A DNA stretch of 64,000 bases from an uncultured Acidimicrobiia bacterium (lineage in GTDB: Bacteria; Actinomycetota; Acidimicrobiia; Acidimicrobiales; CAIXPF01), in NCBI GenBank assembly GCA_903921205.1, contig CAIXPF010000205.1, forward strand, positions 26,657 through 90,656, read 5' to 3'. A model generated the notes under the pieces. It saw nothing but the letters and a program-made list of their open reading frames with translations. It ran no database searches and was not told the DNA's origin. This document shows positions 54,211-64,000 of the stretch, one piece after another; the first letter of the stretch is position 1, and each line of letters starts with the position of its first letter. The translations under genes and the position numbers were made by a program.

Positions 54211-56259
54211 ATGGGGGTCATGCCCGCGTTCAAGGTGCACTCGGAGTTCGCGCCGGCGGGGGACCAGCCCAAGGCCATCGCCGGCCTGGTGGAGGGGGTG
54301 CAGCGCGGGGACCGGTTCCAGACGCTGCTGGGCATCACCGGGTCCGGCAAGAGCGCCACCATCGCGTGGACCATCGAGGCCGTGCAGAAGCCGACCCTGG
54401 TGCTCGCCCCGAACAAGAGCCTGGCGGCGCAGCTGGCCAACGAGTTCAAGGAGTTCTTCCCCGAGAACCGGGTGGAGTACTTCGTGAGCTATTACGACTA
54501 CTACCAGCCCGAGGCGTACATGCCGTCCTCGGACACGTACATCGAGAAGGACTCGACGGTCAACGACGAGATAGACCGGCTGCGTCATTCGGCCACCGAG
54601 GCGTTGCTGACCCGTCGGGACACCATCGTGGTCGCCTCTGTCTCGGCCATCTACGGCCTCGGTTCGCCCGAGGAGTACCGCGAGAACCTGCTCATCGTCG
54701 AGGTCGGCCACAGCTACGACCAGCGCCACCTGCTGCGCAAGCTCGTCGACATGCAGTACGAGCGCAACGACATGAACCTCGTACGGGGCAAGTTCCGGGT
54801 GCGCGGCGACACGCTGGAGATCCACGCCGCCTACGAGGAGTCGGTGATCCGGATCTCGATGTTCGGCGACGAGGTCGAGGAGATCACCATCGTCGACCCG
54901 CTCACCGGCGAGCGCCTCGCCAGCCAGTCCGAGATCGCCATCTTCCCGGCGACCCACTACGTGACCGGGGCCGAGCGGATGCAGCGGGCCATCACCCGTA
55001 TCGAAGCCGAACTGCAGGAGCGTCTCGCCCAGTTCGAGGCCGAGGGCAAGCTCCTCGAGGCCCAGCGCCTGCGTATGCGCACCCAGTACGACCTCGAGAT
55101 GATGGCCGAGGTCGGGTTCTGCTCGGGGATCGAGAACTACTCGGCACCGATCGACGGCCGTGGCCCGGGGGAGGCGCCGAGCACCCTTATCGACTTCTTC
55201 CCCAAGGACTTCCTGATGGTGCTCGACGAGTCGCATCAGGCGGTGCCGCAGATCCACGGCCAGTACGAGGGTGACCGCTCCCGCAAGCTGACCCTCATCG
55301 AGCACGGCTTCCGACTGCCCTCCGCCGCCGACAACCGGCCCCTGCGCTTCGAGGAGTGGGAGGACCGGGTCAACCAGTGCATCTTCATGTCGGCCACCCC
55401 GGCCGACTACGAGATCCGTAGGTCCAGCCAGGTGGTCGAGCAGGTGGTGCGGCCCACCGGCCTGGTCGACCCCGAGATCGTGGTCAAGCCGACCAAGGGC
55501 CAGATCGACGACCTGATCGAGCAGATCAACCGCGAGACCGGCCTGGGCAACCGGGTGCTGGTGACGACCCTCACCAAGAAGATGGCCGAGGACCTCACCG
55601 ATTATCTGCTCGAGCTCGGCGTGCGGGTGCGCTACCTGCACTCCAACATCGACACCATCGAGCGCATCGAGATCCTCCGCGGGTTGCGCCTCGGCGACTT
55701 CGACGTGCTGATCGGCATCAACCTGTTGCGGGAAGGCCTCGACCTGCCCGAGGTGACCCTGGTGGCCATCCTCGATGCCGACAAGGAAGGGTTCCTGCGC
55801 AGCGAGACATCGCTGGTGCAGACCGTGGGCCGTGCGGCGCGCAACGTGGACGGCCGGGTGATCATGTACGCCGACCAGATCACCGACTCGATGCGCCGTA
55901 CCATCGACCTCACCCAGCGTCGCCGCAAGATGCAGCAGGAGTACAACATCGAGCACGGCATCAACCCGCAGACCGTGCGCAAGGCCGTGACCGACATCCT
56001 GGCCTACCTCCGCAAGAGCGACACGGCGCCGGTGCCGAACAAGCTCGACACCAAGGCGATCCAGCGCGAACGCCAGGTGGCCAAGCGGCGCGACGAGGTG
56101 GCGGACCTTCCCCATGCCGACCTCGAGCGGCTCATCCTGACCCTCGAGCAGGAGATGAACGAGGCTGCGGCCGACCTGCGCTTCGAGTACGCCGCCCGGC
56201 TCCGCGACGAGATCAAGGAGCTGAAGCGGGAGCTGCGCGAGGTCAGCCAGCTGCGTTGA
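54211..56259 (+). CDS. uvrB: Excinuclease ABC subunit B
   Basis: 682 aa with GITGSGKS, helicase motifs and the C-terminal UVR domain ([17 protein letters not shown]). Confidence 0.95.
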   Translation: MGVMPAFKVHSEFAPAGDQPKAIAGLVEGVQRGDRFQTLLGITGSGKSATIAWTIEAVQKPTLVLAPNKSLAAQLANEFKEFFPENRVEYFVSYYDYYQPEAYMPSSDTYIEKDSTVNDEIDRLRHSATEALLTRRDTIVVASVSAIYGLGSPEEYRENLLIVEVGHSYDQRHLLRKLVDMQYERNDMNLVRGKFRVRGDTLEIHAAYEESVIRISMFGDEVEEITIVDPLTGERLASQSEIAIFPATHYVTGAERMQRAITRIEAELQERLAQFEAEGKLLEAQRLRMRTQYDLEMMAEVGFCSGIENYSAPIDGRGPGEAPSTLIDFFPKDFLMVLDESHQAVPQIHGQYEGDRSRKLTLIEHGFRLPSAADNRPLRFEEWEDRVNQCIFMSATPADYEIRRSSQVVEQVVRPTGLVDPEIVVKPTKGQIDDLIEQINRETGLGNRVLVTTLTKKMAEDLTDYLLELGVRVRYLHSNIDTIERIEILRGLRLGDFDVLIGINLLREGLDLPEVTLVAILDADKEGFLRSETSLVQTVGRAARNVDGRVIMYADQITDSMRRTIDLTQRRRKMQQEYNIEHGINPQTVRKAVTDILAYLRKSDTAPVPNKLDTKAIQRERQVAKRRDEVADLPHADLERLILTLEQEMNEAAADLRFEYAARLRDEIKELKRELREVSQLR

Positions 56260-56355
56260 GACCGGTGCCGGCCCGGGGGTGTGCCGGTGCTCGGGCGCCT
56301 CGGGGTGCGACGGTAGGCTCGGGCGTTTCCCGGGTGGCGCAGGAGGATCTCGCAC

Positions 56356-59343
<2,988 letters not shown>

Positions 59344-59505
59344 CCGAGCTGTCCTCGGGGGATGCCCGGTCGATCACGTTGCGCGCGCATGTGGCCGTCG
59401 ATGTACGTAGTGCACCGGCTATGACGGTCGGTGAACTCGACCCCGCTCCCGCCGAATTCGCCGAAAAAACCGGACTGAGCAGCAGTTTTAGCGAGTTCGT
59501 CGCAG

Positions 59506-59523
59506 CGAATCGACGTCGAATCG
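59506..59523. repeat. Core repeat copy 4 (CGAATCGACGTCGAATCG), intergenic
   Basis: Identical to copy 3a. It is embedded in a local hairpin that pairs CGCAGCGA with TCGCTGCG. It lies in the 257-nt, relatively AT-rich spacer between convergent uvrA and ribBA. Confidence 0.85.
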
Positions 59524-59600
59524 CTGCGAGCGAAATCCGCTCGGCGCTCCGGGGCGCGGCGAAGAACAGCCACTCTTCGTGGTGGGACGGCGTGGCTGGG

Positions 59601-60830
59601 TCAGCTGGTTTCGAGGTCGAGCAGGTGGCCCATGCGGGCCTGCTTGGTCGCCAGGTAGGCCCGGTTGGTGCCGGTCGGTTCGATCCGGAGCGGCTGTCGC
59701 TCGGTGATCTCGAGGCCGTAGCCGGACAGGCCGCTGTACTTGGCCATGTTGTTGGTCATCAGCCGCATCGACCGAACGCCGAGGTCGACCAGCATCTGGG
59801 CGCCGATCCCGTACTCGCGCGAGTCCACCGGCAGCCCGAGGGCGGTGTTCGCATCGACGGTGTCGAGGCCCTCGTCCTGCAGCTGGTAGGCGCGGATCTT
59901 GTGGGCCAAGCCGATGCCGCGCCCCTCATGACCGCGCAGGTAGATGACCACTCCCTGGCCGGCCTCCGCGATGCGTTGGAGGGCGAGATGGAGCTGGTCG
60001 CCACAGTCGCAGCGGCCGGAGCTGAACACGTCGCCGGTCAGGCACTCGGAGTGCACCCGCACCAGGGGCGCAGTGCCGCTGTCGGGGCCGAGATCGCCAA
60101 GGGTGATGGCCAGATGCTCGGTTCCGTCGAGAATCGAGCGGTAGGCGGTACAACCGAACTCGGCCCACGGGGTCGGCAGCACGGTCGTGGCCACCCGTTC
60201 CACCAGCTGCTCGGTCCGGCGACGATGCCGTACCAGGTCGGCGATGCTGATCATCAGCAGTCCGTGCTCGGCGCAGAACTGCTCCAGCTCGGGCCGCCGG
60301 GCCATGGTTCCGTCGTCGTTGACGACCTCGGCCAGTACCCCGATGGGTGCCGCGCCGGCGAGGATGCACAGGTCGACCGCGGCCTCGGTGTGGCCGGCGC
60401 GCTGCAGGACGCCACCGGGCCGGGCGCGCAGCGGGAAGATGTGGCCCGGGCGGGCCAGGTCGTGGGTGGTCGTCGAGCCCTCGCAGAGCAGCCGCAGGGT
60501 GTGGGCACGGTCCGCCGCCGAGATGCCGGTCGAGACGCCCCGTGCCGCATCGACCGACTCGGTGAACGCGGTACGCATCGACTCGGTGTTGTTCTCGACC
60601 ATCAGGGGAAGCCCCAGCTCGTCGCAGCGCTCGCCCGTCATCGGGGCGCAGACCACCCCCGAGGTGTAGCGGACGAAGAACGCCATGTGCTCCGCGGTGG
60701 CGGCGTGTGCCGCCATGATCAGGTCGCCCTCGTTCTCACGGTCCTCGTCGTCGACCACGACCACGATCTCACCGCGTCCGATGGCTGCGACCGCGTCGTC
60801 GATGGAGGCGAACCCCTGGGGGTTGCTCAT
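59601..60830 (-). CDS. ribBA: Bifunctional DHBP synthase / GTP cyclohydrolase II
   Basis: 409 aa with the RibB motif VVVDDEDRENEGDL and the RibA zinc site SECLTGDVFSSGRCDCG. Confidence 0.95.
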   Translation of the reverse strand: MSNPQGFASIDDAVAAIGRGEIVVVVDDEDRENEGDLIMAAHAATAEHMAFFVRYTSGVVCAPMTGERCDELGLPLMVENNTESMRTAFTESVDAARGVSTGISAADRAHTLRLLCEGSTTTHDLARPGHIFPLRARPGGVLQRAGHTEAAVDLCILAGAAPIGVLAEVVNDDGTMARRPELEQFCAEHGLLMISIADLVRHRRRTEQLVERVATTVLPTPWAEFGCTAYRSILDGTEHLAITLGDLGPDSGTAPLVRVHSECLTGDVFSSGRCDCGDQLHLALQRIAEAGQGVVIYLRGHEGRGIGLAHKIRAYQLQDEGLDTVDANTALGLPVDSREYGIGAQMLVDLGVRSMRLMTNNMAKYSGLSGYGLEITERQPLRIEPTGTNRAYLATKQARMGHLLDLETS

Positions 60831-60857
60831 AGAGGTGCTCCTCGGTTCAGGGCGAAG

Positions 60858-61952
60858 TCAGTCCCATGACGATACGGGTTCCATGACGATACGGAGGTCA
60901 TCGCCCAGTTGCGCGACCGACCGTATGCGGCCTCGCCAGATGTTGTCGATCGACGCCACCGCCGGTCCGTCGAACAGGCCGCGGGCGCCGCTGCCCCCGA
61001 ACAGAGCGGGGGCCAGGTAGATCACGTACCGCTGGACCAGGCCCTCGCGGTGGAAGGCCCCGGCCACGTGGGCCCCGCCCTCGACCATCACCTGCAGCAC
61101 GCCACGGCGGCCGAGCTCGTCGAGGACCTCGGGCAGTGGCCCGGACAGCTCCAGGCAGGGATGGACCCTTGCCACTTCCGGTGCCCGTCCCAGGACGACC
61201 CGCAGCGGCTGCCGGGCGACCGACACCTCGCGGACGGTCAGGGCCGGGTCGTCCGCCCGAACGGTGCCGGCTCCCACCAGCACGGCGTCGGACTCGGCGC
61301 GCAACCGGTGCGCGTCGGCGCGCGCTGCAGCACCGGTGATCCACTGCGAGCTGCCGTCGGGCGCCGCCGTCCCGCCGTCGAGGCTGGCAGCCAGCTTGAG
61401 CACCACGAAGGGTCGGCCGGTGCGGCGATGGTGCAGGTAGGCAGCGAGCTGTTCGGCTGCTTCGGCCTCGCCCACCCCGGCCTGCACGGCGATGCCGGCC
61501 GCCCGCAGTGCCGCTGCGCCGCGGCCGGACACCTGCGGGTCGGGGTCGCCGACGGCGTACACCACCGACACCACCCCTGCAGCGATGAGGGCGTCGGTGC
61601 ACGGTGGCGTCCGACCGTGGTGTGAGCACGGTTCGAGGGTGACCACCGCGGTGGCGCCGGCCGTGGGGGCCCCGGCCTCCCGGGCGGCGTCGAGCGCCAC
61701 GATCTCGGCGTGCCGGCCGCCGGGTGGTTCCGTGGCACCGGTGAAGCAACGCCCGTCCACGGTGAGCAGCGCGCATCCCACCCAGGGGTTGGGCGACGTG
61801 GTGCCACGCACGGTCTGCGCTGCCGCTCTCGCCCGCTCCATGGCGGTGTGCAGGCCGGATGGAGGGTCGGCGAGGGGTTCGTCGGTGGGGTTGTCGCTCA
61901 CGGTGTGCTGCTCCGCCGCGGGCAACATGGCTCCGGCCTCGTCGGCGTGCAC
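60858..61952 (-). CDS. ribD: Bifunctional riboflavin deaminase/reductase
   Basis: Deaminase motifs HAEI and PCSHHGRTPPC are followed by the reductase domain. The start is uncertain. Alternatives include the second ATG (61928) and the GTG at 61901. Confidence 0.85.
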   Translation of the reverse strand: MHADEAGAMLPAAEQHTVSDNPTDEPLADPPSGLHTAMERARAAAQTVRGTTSPNPWVGCALLTVDGRCFTGATEPPGGRHAEIVALDAAREAGAPTAGATAVVTLEPCSHHGRTPPCTDALIAAGVVSVVYAVGDPDPQVSGRGAAALRAAGIAVQAGVGEAEAAEQLAAYLHHRRTGRPFVVLKLAASLDGGTAAPDGSSQWITGAAARADAHRLRAESDAVLVGAGTVRADDPALTVREVSVARQPLRVVLGRAPEVARVHPCLELSGPLPEVLDELGRRGVLQVMVEGGAHVAGAFHREGLVQRYVIYLAPALFGGSGARGLFDGPAVASIDNIWRGRIRSVAQLGDDLRIVMEPVSSWD

Positions 61953-62052
61953 GGAACCCTAGGTGACCTTCTGACGTGAGGGTCAAGTCGTGGTACGAGG
62001 CTTCGTCGAGGTGGATCCCGGTGTTCCGAGCAGCGTCGGCGGTCCGGGTAGC

Positions 62053-62700
62053 ATGCCTGGCGTGATCGTCCTCGCGCCCGCATGGATCGCTGCCGTGGTG
62101 CTCGGGGCGGCCGGGGTCGGGAAAGTGGTTCGCCCCGGTGCGGCGGTCGAGGCGCTGCGAGTGCTCCGCCTTCCTCATTCCCCCCTGGCCGTGCGTCTGC
62201 TCGGTGCGATCGAGACGCTGGTGGCGCTCGCGGCTGTGGTGCTCGGCGGTTGGGCCTGGGCGGTGGTGGCTGCGGCCTACCTGGTGCTCGCCGGTGCCGC
62301 CGAGCGGTTGCGTCGGGCCGCCCTGGCCACCGCGAACTCCGGCGGCGACGGTGGCGCCGTGGCCGGCTGCGGTTGCTTCGGCCGGTCCTCGGCCCCGGTC
62401 GGGCCGACCCACGTCGTCGTCGATGTCCTCGCCGCACTCGTCGCCGCTGCGGCGGCGTGGTCCGGTGCGGGGTCGCTGCGTTCGGTATGGCCCGAGTTGC
62501 CGGTCGCCGGGCTCGCCCATCTGTTGCTCGTCGGCTCCGGGGCGTTGGCGGTCGTGGCGTTGTTGACCGTGCTGCCCGAGACCCGGCTGGCCGCACGCCC
62601 GGCACCGGCTCCCGATCCCCGCATCCATCTCTTCGGCCCTACCATCGGGCGGCGTCCGAGCGATTCGCCGGTGGCGACGCCCGGCCCCCGAGTTCCCTGA
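62053..62700 (+). CDS. MauE/DoxX-like redox-associated membrane protein
   Basis: Starts at the ATG at 62053 within track ORF 61990..62700. It has four hydrophobic helices and a CGCFG motif of the kind I associate with the MauE family, plus a Pro-rich C-terminal tail. Confidence 0.6.
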   Translation: MPGVIVLAPAWIAAVVLGAAGVGKVVRPGAAVEALRVLRLPHSPLAVRLLGAIETLVALAAVVLGGWAWAVVAAAYLVLAGAAERLRRAALATANSGGDGGAVAGCGCFGRSSAPVGPTHVVVDVLAALVAAAAAWSGAGSLRSVWPELPVAGLAHLLLVGSGALAVVALLTVLPETRLAARPAPAPDPRIHLFGPTIGRRPSDSPVATPGPRVP

Positions 62701-62714
62701 GAGGTACGAGTCCC

Positions 62715-64000
62715 GTGACCGCATTGCTCAACCGCGTGGCGACCGCGCTCGACCGACGGCTGTCGCGTCGGGGTTTCCTGGCCCGCTCGGCGTTGGCCGG
62801 CACGGCGATGGCGGTGGCGCCCACCGACTACCTGCTCAAGCCGGTCGGGGCGTACCAGGCCATCTGCACCTGCCGGACGGGTTGCGATTGCGACAGCACG
62901 TGCTGCGACGGGTACACCGAGTTCTGCTGCACCATGACCGGGCTGAACCGGTGCCCGCCCGGCCACATCCTCGGCGGCTGGTGGAAGGTCGACAACTCCC
63001 AGTTCTGCGGCGACGCCCCGCGGTACTTCATGGACTGCAACGCGCCGTGCAACGGGTGCGGTTGCGGCGCCAACGGCATCTGCAGCGGCTCCTGCTCGGG
63101 CACGACGTGCGGCTGTGCCCTCAATTCCTGCAACAACCGCAAGGCGGGTTGCGTCAACTTCCGCTACGGCCAGTGCAACCAGGCGACCGCGTGCATCGGG
63201 CCCATCGCCTGCCGGGTGGTGACCTGTATCCCGCCGTGGTCGCTCGACAGCAGTTGCACCCGCACGGTGGCGATCGACGACTACACCCGGTACCACATCG
63301 CCCCGTGCCTGTACCGGCCCTACGGCTGGCTCGACCAGGTGTCGCCGGCCGCGGGCGGGTTCCGGTTGCGCGGTTGGGCCGCCGACCCCGAGACCACCGG
63401 CCCGATCGACCTGCACGTCTACGTCGATGGGCGCTTCGTGCAGCGGCTCGTCGCCAACCGGCCACGGCCCGACCTCGCCGGTCCGTTTCCCGGCATCGGG
63501 ATCAACCACGGCTTCGAGGCCGTCGTGCCGATGGGCCCCGGCCGCTACACCGTCACCGTGTACGCCATCAACGTGCTCGACGGCAGCGAGCAACCGGTGA
63601 TCGGATCGGCCCCGGTCGGGGTGGGTCAGCCGTTCGGGTATGCCGACCTGCAGATCGGCCCGGCCAAGGTGCGCGCCATCGGTTGGGTCATCGACCCCGA
63701 CCACACCACCCCCGCGGCGGTGCAGGCCTACGTCGACGGCATTCTGGTGGGCACCTGGGACGCCAACGTGTACCGGTCCGACGTCGCCGCGATCTACAGC
63801 AGCTACGGCGGCGAGCACGGCTTCGACATCCAGATCCCGGTCGACGGTGGCGATCACCTGATCGAACTGCGCAGTCCTGACCTCGACGGCGTGCAGCCGT
63901 CGTTGCTGCTGGCCAGCCAGCGGGTGACCATCTCCAACACCACGCCGGTCGGTTGGTTCGACGGGGCGATGCGCTCGCCGGCGGGGATCCGGGTCCGGGG
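62715..64000 (+). CDS. Tat-signal, Cys-rich (methylamine dehydrogenase light-chain-like) secreted protein with repeated beta-rich modules; 3' end is outside the window
   Basis: I translated this by hand. It starts at the GTG at 62715, with GAGG 10 nt upstream, and reads to the window end with no stop codon, which is why it is absent from the ORF track. It has the twin-arginine motif SRRGFLARSALAGTAMAVAP. Twenty-six Cys occur between 62865 and 63308, including an NRCPPG motif. At least three repeats follow with the pattern G(W/Y)xD...GWxxDP(E/D). Third codon positions are strongly GC-rich, as in neighbouring genes. The overlapping minus-strand ORF 62277..63857 is a shadow ORF. Confidence 0.65.
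   Translation, partial: MTALLNRVATALDRRLSRRGFLARSALAGTAMAVAPTDYLLKPVGAYQAICTCRTGCDCDSTCCDGYTEFCCTMTGLNRCPPGHILGGWWKVDNSQFCGDAPRYFMDCNAPCNGCGCGANGICSGSCSGTTCGCALNSCNNRKAGCVNFRYGQCNQATACIGPIACRVVTCIPPWSLDSSCTRTVAIDDYTRYHIAPCLYRPYGWLDQVSPAAGGFRLRGWAADPETTGPIDLHVYVDGRFVQRLVANRPRPDLAGPFPGIGINHGFEAVVPMGPGRYTVTVYAINVLDGSEQPVIGSAPVGVGQPFGYADLQIGPAKVRAIGWVIDPDHTTPAAVQAYVDGILVGTWDANVYRSDVAAIYSSYGGEHGFDIQIPVDGGDHLIELRSPDLDGVQPSLLLASQRVTISNTTPVGWFDGAMRSPAGIRVR

Noticed and set aside
59379-60869. A 496-aa plus-strand ORF
   Set aside because: It is antisense to ribBA. Its 5' part in the spacer has many A/T-ending codons, unlike genuine genes in this window.
61850-62052. An FMN riboswitch upstream of ribD
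   Set aside because: I read the minus strand of this region and did not find the conserved RFN core boxes. A covariance-model scan is still needed to be certain.
60898-63857. Minus-strand ORFs 60898..62724 (608 aa) and 62277..63857 (526 aa), and plus-strand ORF 62882..63880
   Set aside because: They overlap ribD, the MauE-like gene and the Tat Cys-rich ORF, either out of frame or antisense. They have extreme Arg/Pro/Gly content. The frame starting at 62715 has a signal peptide, a domain-like Cys pattern and internal repeats, so I preferred it.

Overview
This window is a GC-rich chromosomal core region. Its gene set looks like Actinomycetota: a mycothiol-type MshD and PIG-L deacetylase, PdtaR, a group II truncated haemoglobin and classical menaquinone genes.

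Gene order:
- Menaquinone cluster: menA, menH, menD, menF, menG and an acyl-CoA ligase, interleaved with an MFS transporter, a two-gene hypothetical module, an NYN/LOTUS protein and a PIG-L deacetylase.
- Fasciclin lipoprotein, nucleotidyltransferase, rlmN, mshD and nth.
- A small islet with lower GC at third codon positions.
- hisD-hisC-hisB-hisH-hisA, then an MFS transporter and a degenerate SMC-like ATPase, then hisF.
- A trp operon: trpE(G), ygfZ, a J-domain gene, an ABM gene, trpC, trpB2, trpF, trpB, trpA, a HIT-like gene and glbO.
- fabZ facing fabD-fabG-acpP-fabF.
- tRNA-Leu(CAA), a coiled-coil gene with pdtaR, polA, a methyltransferase and rpsA.
- A LuxR-type response regulator, a YfhO-like membrane protein facing a GT2-methyltransferase fusion, coaE, uvrB and uvrA.
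- ribBA and ribD.
- A MauE-like membrane protein followed by a Tat-signal, Cys-rich protein that runs off the window end.

I saw no transposase, integrase, prophage, CRISPR array or rRNA.

The observations most worth follow-up:
1. An 18-nt core repeat (CGAATCGACGTCGAATCG and its variants) occurs five times. One copy is the centre of a perfect 38-bp palindrome, and three copies are translated in frame inside menD and trpE(G).
2. An unannotated W-W-W leader peptide plus terminator sits upstream of the fused trpE(G), consistent with a transcription attenuator.
3. The MauE-like gene is followed by a Tat-exported protein with 26 Cys. This ORF is missing from the supplied ORF track because it has no stop codon inside the window.
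4. FabD carries a C-terminal domain that resembles a biotinyl domain but lacks the modified lysine.
5. A two-gene hypothetical module with a leaderless-type promoter is embedded in the men cluster.

Many long reverse-strand ORFs in the track are antisense shadows typical of GC-rich DNA, and I rejected them.
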